Sequence record: SRR31156797_922
DNA length: 45,110 nt
Reading direction: 5' to 3' (one strand)
Below are positions 29,807 through 38,625 of this stretch, piece after piece. Positions within the stretch are counted from its first letter, which is position 1; every line of letters starts with the position of its first letter. Under the pieces are notes generated by a model that saw only the letters and a program-made list of their open reading frames with translations, made no database searches and was not told the origin of the DNA. Both the position numbers and the translations under genes were made by a program.

Positions 29807-31879
29807 ATGAGAGAAGTTGTTAAGAATACAAAACTAACAGAGAACTGTAGTAAAGAAGACATAAAAGCTTTTGTAAATGAAGTAATTCCAGAGCTATCTT
29901 TAGATGAGAAAATCGGTATTATGTCAGGACATATTCCTGAACAGGAACTGCTGGACGATTTATTTATACTTGAACACTATAATTATAAGCCATATACCAC
30001 TTCTCCAGTAGAGAGACTGGGAATACCAAATATGCGATTTATAGATGGACCTCGAGGCGTTGTTATGGGATCAGCAACATGCTTCCCAGTTTCTATGGCG
30101 AGAGGAGCTGCATTTAACAGAGAGTTAGAAGAAGAGATTGGACGTGTTATCGGTGCGGAAATCAGAGCGTGCGGCGGCAATTATTATGGCGGCGTATGCA
30201 TTAATCTTCCACGAAATCCTAGATGGGGACGTGCGCAGGAATGCTATGGTGAGGATCAATATCATTTAGGAGAAATGGGTGCAGCCCTGACTAAAGGTAT
30301 ACAGAGTCAGAACGTTATGGCATGTATAAAGCACTATGCAATGAACAGTATGGAAAATGCAAGGTTTAAAGTAGATGTACAGGCTGATAAAAGGACTTTG
30401 CATGAGGTGTACTTGCCACACTTTAAGCGCTGTATAGATGAAAATGCAGCATCTGTGATGGGTGCTTACAATAAAGTATGCGGAGATCAGGCATCAGAGA
30501 GCAAGATGCTCCTAAAAGATATTCTCAGAGACAAGTGGGGCTTTGAAGGATTTACAATATCAGACTTCCTGTGGGCGATAAAAGATGCTGTAAAAGCAGT
30601 AAAGAACGGTATGGATGTTGAGATGCCATGCTACTGCCGTTACTATGAAGAGATACCAAAGGCTGTAGAAGAGGATAGACTGTCTATGGATGATATTGAC
30701 AGATCAGTATCTAGTATTCTCAAGACAATACTTTACTATGAAACAAGAAAAGACCCGATGGAATATCCAGACAATATCATAGCATGTAGTAAACATATTG
30801 AAGTTGCAAAAAAAGCAGCAGAACAATCAATGGTACTGCTGAAAAACGATAATAATGTACTGCCTCTTAATAAAGATGAAATCAAGAGAATTGTAGTTAT
30901 GGGAGTATTAGGTGATACTGAGAATATCGGTGACCATGGCTCTAGTAAGGTACAGCCATATTATACAGTAACTCCGCTGAAGGGAATAATGAACAAACTT
31001 CCTAAAGCACTTGTTCGCTACTATGATGGTTCAGATATTGAAAAGGCAAAAGAAATGGCAAAAGACGCAGATGCTGTCCTCATAGTTGCAGGCTATATCC
31101 ACTCAGACGAAGGTGAATACATAGAAGATGAAAGACCTGAGATTGAGAACCTTGGTGGCGACAGAAAATCAATGAGACTCCACAAACGTGACATTGATCT
31201 GATTAAAGGTTTAGAGGGAGTTAATAAGAATACAATTGTATCTATTGTTGGCTCAAGTGCAATATTAATAGATGAATGGGAATCAAGTGCGCCAGCAATT
31301 TTGTTCTCGTTCTATAGCGGAATGGAAGGCGGAAATGCACTGGCTGATATAATTTTGGGCGATGTTTGTCCAAGTGGAAAGCTTCCGTATGTAGTGGCTA
31401 AATCAGAGGATGATTATCCTGAACTAGATATAGAGGCTACAGAGATTGATTATGGTTACTATCATGGATACTGTAAGCTTGATAAGGAAAACAAGAAGCC
31501 GTTTTATCCATATGGATTTGGCTTGTCTTATACTAAATTTAATATAGGTAAGCCATCAGTTGAAGTGGTAAATGATACTGCAAAGATAACTGTAAAGATT
31601 CAAAACACTGGTGATAAAAAAGGTGCAGAAGTATTGCAGCTATATGTTGGATGCAAATCAAGTGCAGTAGATCGTCCAATCAAAGTTCTGCGTGATTTCG
31701 AACGTATAGAGCTAATGCCGGGTGAAAAGGATAAGGTAAGTTTATCAGTCACCAAAAAGGCTATGGCATATTTTGATGAAGCAGCTGATGATTTCTGCGA
31801 AGAAGATATTAAGTATATTGCTTATATCGGAAATTCAAGCAGTAATAAGGATTTGCAAAGCTGTACATTTCGTTTTTAG
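29807..31879 (+). CDS. GH3 beta-glycosidase (beta-glucosidase/xylosidase type)
   Basis: 690 aa; DGPRG, RNPRWGRAQE, KHY, ISDF nucleophile region, VLLKN, PSGKLP, YGFGLSYT, C-terminal Fn3-like domain; no signal peptide. Confidence 0.92.
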   Translation: MREVVKNTKLTENCSKEDIKAFVNEVIPELSLDEKIGIMSGHIPEQELLDDLFILEHYNYKPYTTSPVERLGIPNMRFIDGPRGVVMGSATCFPVSMARGAAFNRELEEEIGRVIGAEIRACGGNYYGGVCINLPRNPRWGRAQECYGEDQYHLGEMGAALTKGIQSQNVMACIKHYAMNSMENARFKVDVQADKRTLHEVYLPHFKRCIDENAASVMGAYNKVCGDQASESKMLLKDILRDKWGFEGFTISDFLWAIKDAVKAVKNGMDVEMPCYCRYYEEIPKAVEEDRLSMDDIDRSVSSILKTILYYETRKDPMEYPDNIIACSKHIEVAKKAAEQSMVLLKNDNNVLPLNKDEIKRIVVMGVLGDTENIGDHGSSKVQPYYTVTPLKGIMNKLPKALVRYYDGSDIEKAKEMAKDADAVLIVAGYIHSDEGEYIEDERPEIENLGGDRKSMRLHKRDIDLIKGLEGVNKNTIVSIVGSSAILIDEWESSAPAILFSFYSGMEGGNALADIILGDVCPSGKLPYVVAKSEDDYPELDIEATEIDYGYYHGYCKLDKENKKPFYPYGFGLSYTKFNIGKPSVEVVNDTAKITVKIQNTGDKKGAEVLQLYVGCKSSAVDRPIKVLRDFERIELMPGEKDKVSLSVTKKAMAYFDEAADDFCEEDIKYIAYIGNSSSNKDLQSCTFRF

Positions 31880-31909
31880 AAATAATAATCAATTCAAGGA
31901 GGAAAGTAT

Positions 31910-33910
31910 ATGAGAATAGGTGTAGACTATTACTCTGAACATTGGGATAAAAGCAGATGGTCGACAGACGCTGAAATGATGAAAAAAGCCAATATCAGCG
32001 TTATAAGAATTGGCGAATTTGCATGGAGTCTTTACGAGCCATCGGAAGATAAATTCGACTTTGCATGGATGGACGAGGCACTAGACTTCTTTGGTAATGC
32101 AGGAATAAATGTAGTACTGTGTACACCCTCCGCAACTCCGCCGAAGTGGATGACTGATAAGTATCCGGAAATTCTGCAGGATGATATATATGGAAATCCA
32201 AAAATATTCGGGACTCGAAAGCATTATTGTTTCAACAGTGATTTTTACCGTAGAAAGACTCGTGAGATTGTGGAGAAAATCGCAGATAGATATTCATCTC
32301 ATCCAGCTGTAGAGGGATGGCAGATAGATAATGAACTGGGATGGGCTAATACGACTCGCTGCTACTGCAATGAATGCGAGAAGAAATTCAGAAATTGGCT
32401 AAAAGGAAAGTATGGAAATATCGATACTCTAAATAAAGCATATGGTACAGTATTCTGGAGTCAGATATATAATAGTTTTGACGAGGTTATTATTCCAAAG
32501 GCTGGTGCATGCTATGATGTCGATCATGATACACAGGGACAGAATCCAGGGCTTTTGCTGGACTACTACCGTTTTTCAAGTGATTCAGTAATTGACTACA
32601 TGAATGAATCGGTAGATGTAATACGTAAATTCAGCGATAAGCCAATTACGACTAATATGCTGGATGCGGCTGTAAACTCAGGTACAGGCATTGACTATTT
32701 CAAAATGTCTGAAAGTCTTGATTTCGTATCATGGGATAATTATATCGAATTCCAATGGGGTATCGCAGAGGATGCAACAGTGTCTCGTGATCACTCCCTG
32801 CTTAGAAGCTATAAGAAGAAGCCGTTTTGGGTCATGGAGCAGCAGTCAGGACAATGCGGCTGGAGCAAGATGAACAGGACACCAACACCGGGCAAATTAC
32901 GCTTGTGGACATATCAGGCAACGGCAAATGGCGCAGATACGGTTGTATATTTCAGGTGGAGAGCATGTCCGTTTGGCACTGAAGAATACTGGCATGGTAT
33001 ACTTAGCCATGATGGAAAACCAAACAGGAGATATGAAGAAATATCTCGTGTTGGCGAAGAGATGAAAAAGCTAAGTGAGACTTATGATGCTTTGCAGCCA
33101 AAAGCAAAAATTGCAATTATTAAGTCGTTTGATAGTGAATGGAGTCATTCAATACACAAACATGTAGAGAATTTCCATTATGATTCATTATTGCTGGATT
33201 ATTACCGTCCATTCTATGATATGGGCATTGCTGTGGATTTTGTAGCTCCAGGTGATGATATTTCTGAATATCAGCTTGTACTTGCACCAGCTCTTCTCAT
33301 GGTAACTGATGATGAAAAAGCTAACCTTGAAAAATATGTTACTGCTGGAGGAAAACTATTACTATCATTTAGAAGCGGAATTAAAGATACATGCAATAGT
33401 ATGCTGACGCAAACTGTACCTGGAGTATTTGCTGATATGACAGGAGTCAAGGTACATGACTACGATCCGCAGTATAAAAAGCAGACCAAAGTTTCAGGAG
33501 TATTCGGACAAGGCATCGCAAAGCTCTGGTGTGACATCATAGAAACTGATATGGCTGATAGCTTAGGAGAATATATCGAGGATTTCTATGCAGGGAATTC
33601 ATGCTTTACCAAGAATGCTGTAGGAAATGGAATAGTTTATTATTTGGGTTGTGATTTAGACAAACCGGCAATGATAAATCTAATGAAATATCTATGCGAT
33701 GAAATAAAATTGGTTGTTGATTTATATTCCATAAAGGGCGTGGAAATTGTGAATGCAACAGATGGTAAAGAAACAGCAGAGTTTATTTTAAATCATAATG
33801 ATTATCCTGTAATTGTACCAGTTGATGGGCAGTATAAAGAGATGATTACTGGTCAAAAAGTAAATGGGAAAGTTAAATTACAAGCATACGATGTTGCGAT
33901 TCTAAAATGA
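31910..33910 (+). CDS. GH42 beta-galactosidase
   Basis: 666 aa; GVDYY.EHW, GEFAWS, WQIDNE acid/base, C-x-C-x2-C metal site, WVMEQ nucleophile, YFRWR, EEYWHG. Confidence 0.95.
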   Translation: MRIGVDYYSEHWDKSRWSTDAEMMKKANISVIRIGEFAWSLYEPSEDKFDFAWMDEALDFFGNAGINVVLCTPSATPPKWMTDKYPEILQDDIYGNPKIFGTRKHYCFNSDFYRRKTREIVEKIADRYSSHPAVEGWQIDNELGWANTTRCYCNECEKKFRNWLKGKYGNIDTLNKAYGTVFWSQIYNSFDEVIIPKAGACYDVDHDTQGQNPGLLLDYYRFSSDSVIDYMNESVDVIRKFSDKPITTNMLDAAVNSGTGIDYFKMSESLDFVSWDNYIEFQWGIAEDATVSRDHSLLRSYKKKPFWVMEQQSGQCGWSKMNRTPTPGKLRLWTYQATANGADTVVYFRWRACPFGTEEYWHGILSHDGKPNRRYEEISRVGEEMKKLSETYDALQPKAKIAIIKSFDSEWSHSIHKHVENFHYDSLLLDYYRPFYDMGIAVDFVAPGDDISEYQLVLAPALLMVTDDEKANLEKYVTAGGKLLLSFRSGIKDTCNSMLTQTVPGVFADMTGVKVHDYDPQYKKQTKVSGVFGQGIAKLWCDIIETDMADSLGEYIEDFYAGNSCFTKNAVGNGIVYYLGCDLDKPAMINLMKYLCDEIKLVVDLYSIKGVEIVNATDGKETAEFILNHNDYPVIVPVDGQYKEMITGQKVNGKVKLQAYDVAILK

Positions 33911-33933
33911 TTACGCAACAAAAGAAGATAATG

Positions 33934-33964
33934 AAAGGAAGGCGTAAACAGCTTTCCTTTTTTT
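33934..33964 (+). terminator. Rho-independent terminator
   Basis: AAAGGAAGGC-N7-GCTTTCCTTT plus T run, between convergent operons. Confidence 0.7.
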
Positions 33965-35453
33965 ATGATTTTTTTCTATCTGACGTACTGCTGGTTGCTT
34001 TATAAAAAAATCGGTGGTATTCATCTGCGTCAACCATCTTCCCCGATTTAAAGAAGACTGTAGTGCCTTTAATATAGTTAGCTGCTGCTATGTTTGATGA
34101 CAATACAATAACAGATATACCGTGATTTTCAAGTTCCTCAATCATTTTTATAGTTACCTCTGCCAGATGTACGTCTATGTCACTAAAAGGCTTAATACAC
34201 ACCACAACTTTTGCTGAATAGAGTATCCATTTTAAATAGGCAATTTGCTGAAGTGCAATAGGATCCAGATCTTTTAGCTTGTTATGCAAGATTTTCTTAT
34301 TGAGTGTATTAATTATATAGTCATCAATGCTTTTCATATACCCGGGCTTTAACCACAATCCATTTTCTTTATGTGAAAGTGTTATTGCAAGATTATCTCT
34401 GACGCTCATATTATAAAAGAGCATATTATTATATGGAGGCTCATTAACAAAGCATATTCCTTTTTTAACAGCATTGTAAATGTTTTTGATTTTCAGTGAT
34501 TGATCATTAAGCAATATCTCCCCTGATTGTATGGGAATAGAGCCATTGAGCAGACCAACGATACCATCACAGCTTTCATCATCCAGATAGAGCATTTTGA
34601 TTATTTCTCCGGATTCAATAGAGAGATTAAGATTTTTAATATGTTTATTAGATACATTTTTAAATTCCAATACACTTTTCCCATGTTGTGTATTCTTTAT
34701 ATTTTGAGATGATACCAAATTAAATTTTTCATTTAAATTAAATACCTCTGTTAAAGTAGTATAAATCTTATGTCTATTAACTGATTTTGAATCAAACATA
34801 CCTATGCTTTTACCATGCTGAATAACATATACTTGACTAATCCAATCGTAAACTACGCTATCAACAGGCTCAATGATAACAAAGGACATTTGCTTCTCTT
34901 TTAGCTGGTTGATAAGGAGATAAATTTCATTTAGTTCGTCAATGCTTAGTCCTGTTAATTCAGACAGCACAATAATACTCTTGTTTTCTACATATGCCTT
35001 TAGAAGTTCTACAATAATCCTGTTTTTATAGGAGAGCGGCCATGTTGAATTCTCTATAATATGATTAAGATTAAATTGCTCAATAAGCTCTGCAAATTTT
35101 TTCTGATATTTTTTCTTTAAGTATGTACTGCTGTTATCTGAAAAAAGAAGGATATTTTCTTCGATTTTAAGCGATGATATAAGCTTGGTATTTGGTTCGA
35201 TAACGGATACATTATCTTTCATAAAAACTGAAGCTGATTCAATGGGAATATCTTTTTCGCAGGAATACAATTTGCCCGAAAACAAAGTGTATGAGCCTTT
35301 AAAAAAATCAAGCAAGAATTTCTTTTGAGCAACTCTATCAATAATGATACTAATAATATCACTTCTAAAAACCTGAAGATAAAGATTACTGAATATTACT
35401 TTTTTTTGCTTGATAACTATTGCGTTCTCAATTGTCAGCAGTTCGTATTTCAT
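33963..35453 (-). CDS. Degenerate tandem ABC ATPase-fold protein (predicted pseudo-ATPase)
   Basis: 496 aa, collinear with RbsA/MglA (VLEFKNVS, NLNLSIESGEI, MSVRDNL), but Walker A reads IDRVAQKK, Walker B IIVLSE, H-loop VIIEP, signature LDPIALQQ, second Walker B CIKP. Confidence 0.82.
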   Translation of the reverse strand: MKYELLTIENAIVIKQKKVIFSNLYLQVFRSDIISIIIDRVAQKKFLLDFFKGSYTLFSGKLYSCEKDIPIESASVFMKDNVSVIEPNTKLISSLKIEENILLFSDNSSTYLKKKYQKKFAELIEQFNLNHIIENSTWPLSYKNRIIVELLKAYVENKSIIVLSELTGLSIDELNEIYLLINQLKEKQMSFVIIEPVDSVVYDWISQVYVIQHGKSIGMFDSKSVNRHKIYTTLTEVFNLNEKFNLVSSQNIKNTQHGKSVLEFKNVSNKHIKNLNLSIESGEIIKMLYLDDESCDGIVGLLNGSIPIQSGEILLNDQSLKIKNIYNAVKKGICFVNEPPYNNMLFYNMSVRDNLAITLSHKENGLWLKPGYMKSIDDYIINTLNKKILHNKLKDLDPIALQQIAYLKWILYSAKVVVCIKPFSDIDVHLAEVTIKMIEELENHGISVIVLSSNIAAANYIKGTTVFFKSGKMVDADEYHRFFYKATSSTSDRKKS

Positions 35454-35460
35454 ACTTATC

Positions 35461-36483
35461 CTACTTTTTTTTAATAAAAGGTAACGTAATTCTTACATTT
35501 GTACCCATATTGCGGATGCTATAAACACGAATTCCATATTCTTCGCCAAAGAGAATTTTTATTCGGCGACATACATTATTCAGTGCTATACCTTGATGAA
35601 TAGTATCATCTTCCTGTATATATGATAAAGAAATGTGCTCTAATCTGATGTTTATTTCATCTAATTCTTTCTCATCAATACCTACTCCGTCATCATTAAC
35701 ACTTATTAAAACGTTTCTGTCTGTAAGTGTAACACTTATCTTTATTGTACCTCCGTCACTCTTTGTTTCCAGACCATGAATTATTGAGTTTTCAATTATA
35801 GGCTGTAACATGAGCTTGGGGCATTGTGTCAGCATAACGTCCGCATCGTCTGGTGTATCTATCACCATTTTTAATTTCTCACCAAAGCGATATTGCTGTA
35901 TTTTAAAATAGTTTTCAACATTCTCCAGTTCATCTGTTAAAAAAACCAGAGTTCCTGTTTTTGTGATAGTATATTGGAAATATGTAGACAGAGCTTCAGT
36001 TATATCAGCAATATTCTCCATACCCATACAGAGTGCATCACCTCTTATAGCTTCAAGTGTATTGTATAAAAAGTGTGGATTGATTTGGTTTTGGAGAGCC
36101 AAAAGCTCTGCCTGTTTAGTTGACAGCTCAATAATTTTTTGTCTATTAACCATCCTGTCAAAACGAATCATGACACCATGCAATGAGGGGAAAAGAAGCT
36201 TTGATTTATCAATAAGCTCCTGATATACACGACCTTTAATGAATTGATTAAACAGCTTTTTGTAAGCATTATAGGGGCGAATTATTGTATTGTTAAAAAT
36301 TAGAAGCAGTACAGTAATGATTAATATATCAGCAAAACCCAGAAGTAATAAGAAGTACCATTCGAGTTTATAGGATGCAGAGATTGAGAGGGATATTGTA
36401 ATTAAGCATACTACAACAATTGTAATCAAAAGGATGATAAAAATGATGGTTTTATTAATAAATGTGCGTTCCCTATGTTTCAT
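35461..36483 (-). CDS. YesM/LytS-type sensor histidine kinase without an extracellular sensor domain
   Basis: 340 aa; two adjacent N-terminal TM helices, LQNQINPHFLYNTL H-box, LQPIIENSIIHG, DDGVG. Confidence 0.93.
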   Translation of the reverse strand: MKHRERTFINKTIIFIILLITIVVVCLITISLSISASYKLEWYFLLLLGFADILIITVLLLIFNNTIIRPYNAYKKLFNQFIKGRVYQELIDKSKLLFPSLHGVMIRFDRMVNRQKIIELSTKQAELLALQNQINPHFLYNTLEAIRGDALCMGMENIADITEALSTYFQYTITKTGTLVFLTDELENVENYFKIQQYRFGEKLKMVIDTPDDADVMLTQCPKLMLQPIIENSIIHGLETKSDGGTIKISVTLTDRNVLISVNDDGVGIDEKELDEINIRLEHISLSYIQEDDTIHQGIALNNVCRRIKILFGEEYGIRVYSIRNMGTNVRITLPFIKKK

Positions 36484-36515
36484 TTTTTCTCCTAGCAGCG
36501 TTAGGCAGATACCAA

Positions 36516-38120
36516 TTAACTATACAATTTTCTATAGTTATTCGGACTTAAACCAGTTGTCTTTTTAAATAGTTTTGCAAAATATTTAGTATCTGCATAT
36601 CCAACTTTGTATGCCACATCTGTAATACTGGTATCGGTTTTAACAAGGTAGCTTTTTGCATTTCTCATTCTTATTTCTGTAACGTATTCTAAGAAGTTCT
36701 TACCTGTTTCTTTCTTGAACAGTGTGGAAAAATAGGCTGGATTAAAACCAATAGCTGTACTGATGCTTTCAAGGCTGATTGCAGTATGATAATTTTGATT
36801 TATGTATTGCTTGGCTAATATTATCGGCTTGCTTTCTTTATATTTTTTATCAAACAAGTATTTATCAAATTCGTTTTTGAGTTCTTCAATAAGCCAGTCG
36901 AAAATATTATCAATAGTTAACATAAATTGATATTTTTTTAGAAAGAAACTCAAATCAGGGAGACTGAAATCAGTTAAGTAATTTCTTATAGTAAAGAATA
37001 TTGCTTCAATAATTTTCTGATAACATTCATATACTTCTGTTCCAGTACATGATGTAGTTTTTATCATTGATTTAATACAGCTTATTTCGTTTATAACGCC
37101 ATCAAAGTCAAGACATTCCAGATGCGAAAGTATAGCATCCCTTTTGTCTGCATCAAAAATTGATTTAGTTTCATACTCAGAATATTTCTGTGAGCTGTGA
37201 ACAATAGGATGCCTAGGATACATAACCCTATTACTGATTGCAGTTTCGGCAGAATCATATGATGAGAGTAGTTCCTTAGCAGTAGTAGCAGTATTGCCGA
37301 TACCGATAACAATAAAGAAATTCTGGAATATGGTCTTTAGAGTGTTTGCATCATGAATAGATTTCTGAAGATTAATTTCTATATTTGAAAAAGCAGTATC
37401 TTGAGTATTAATAAAATATACAATTTCGTTATTCCAAATTGTAGATACAACTTCGCTGCAGCATTCCTTTAATCTCTTTTCAACAATCAGTTTTAGCTTG
37501 GAAAGCAGCATACTATACATTTCATTACTATAGTCACTTGTTTGTGTGTATGGGCGTACGATTAGTGTAATAAAATTACCTCTGAAATTACAGCAGTATT
37601 CTTGGTTAAGCTCTTCTATTTGTTTATTCCATTTTTCACTTTGAGGGTTAACCAACATTTCGTAAATAAGATTTTTCTTGACTTTTTCAGTAGATAAGTC
37701 AAGAGCAATTTTTAGATTTTCTTTTTCTGAGGCAGTTGACATTAATATGCTATGTTTTTCGGCTATCTTCTCAAGAGCCTTTACTAACTCATTTTTTTTA
37801 AGAGGCTTTAGCAAATAGTCGTCAACCCCATATTTAACTGCTTTTTGTGCATATTCAAATTGGCTGTGACCACTGATAATGATGAAATAGATATTGCTAA
37901 ATTTCTCTTTTGCTTTACGTATCAGTTCAATTCCATCGTAAGTAGGCATTCGTATATCAGTGATTACAATATCAGGTTGTTTCTCACAAATATTATTAAA
38001 AGCTGTTTTGCCATCATTTGAGATTGCTACAACTTCCATATTGTATTTATTCCAATCAATTAAATTATATATTAATTGGCATACTTTGGGCTCATCATCA
38101 GCAATGAGAACTTTTAACAA
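36516..38120 (-). CDS. YesN/AraC family two-component response regulator
   Basis: IADDE, TDIRMP, YLLKP receiver and C-terminal AraC HTH. Likely TTG start at 38120 behind GGAG; the ORF track starts at 38129. Confidence 0.94.
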   Translation of the reverse strand: MLKVLIADDEPKVCQLIYNLIDWNKYNMEVVAISNDGKTAFNNICEKQPDIVITDIRMPTYDGIELIRKAKEKFSNIYFIIISGHSQFEYAQKAVKYGVDDYLLKPLKKNELVKALEKIAEKHSILMSTASEKENLKIALDLSTEKVKKNLIYEMLVNPQSEKWNKQIEELNQEYCCNFRGNFITLIVRPYTQTSDYSNEMYSMLLSKLKLIVEKRLKECCSEVVSTIWNNEIVYFINTQDTAFSNIEINLQKSIHDANTLKTIFQNFFIVIGIGNTATTAKELLSSYDSAETAISNRVMYPRHPIVHSSQKYSEYETKSIFDADKRDAILSHLECLDFDGVINEISCIKSMIKTTSCTGTEVYECYQKIIEAIFFTIRNYLTDFSLPDLSFFLKKYQFMLTIDNIFDWLIEELKNEFDKYLFDKKYKESKPIILAKQYINQNYHTAISLESISTAIGFNPAYFSTLFKKETGKNFLEYVTEIRMRNAKSYLVKTDTSITDVAYKVGYADTKYFAKLFKKTTGLSPNNYRKLYS

Positions 38121-38625
38121 ATTAATCACTCCAAATCATTAAGTTGTATTATAAGTATAAACAGCAAAAGGAATTTCAACTAAGCAAATTGTTCTGTGTG
38201 TTTATTTTGATGATTCTTAATACTCTTAGTTAATATTTTGCAATAATTTCATACCCTGGTTGTAATTCTATTATTATCTTAACCAACCTATTAAAAATTA
38301 TATTTAGCTATCTATAGTGGAACGAAAAGTAATCGTAGCATGGTTGAATATGTTTGTCAATAGAACCTTTTCTGAGATTTTCTAGATTGTAAAACATGTG
38401 ATATTTGCTATACAAATAAGTCACTATGGCACTGCAGAATCGTTTTCTGTAGAGCTGATAACTGTCTGTTTTGCGTACATTTTTGTTTTGTTCTTTATAT
38501 TTTTTAGTTGTTGTATACAGTGATGTGATTTTATAAAAATTAAGGGTTTATTTGTAAAAATTATTTATGGATTATGATGGAATGACTTTATTAAGTATTT
38601 ATATGGTCGCTTCTTAACTAATGCG

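Noticed and set aside
33963-35453. Calling the degenerate ATPase a pseudogene
   Set aside because: The reading frame is intact, full length and tightly coupled to the kinase gene; only the catalytic motifs are altered.
38130-38625. Possible riboswitch or sRNA in the ~500-bp intergenic region (small hairpin near 38433-38453)
   Set aside because: No recognisable riboswitch consensus and only a weak stem; a covariance-model search would be needed.
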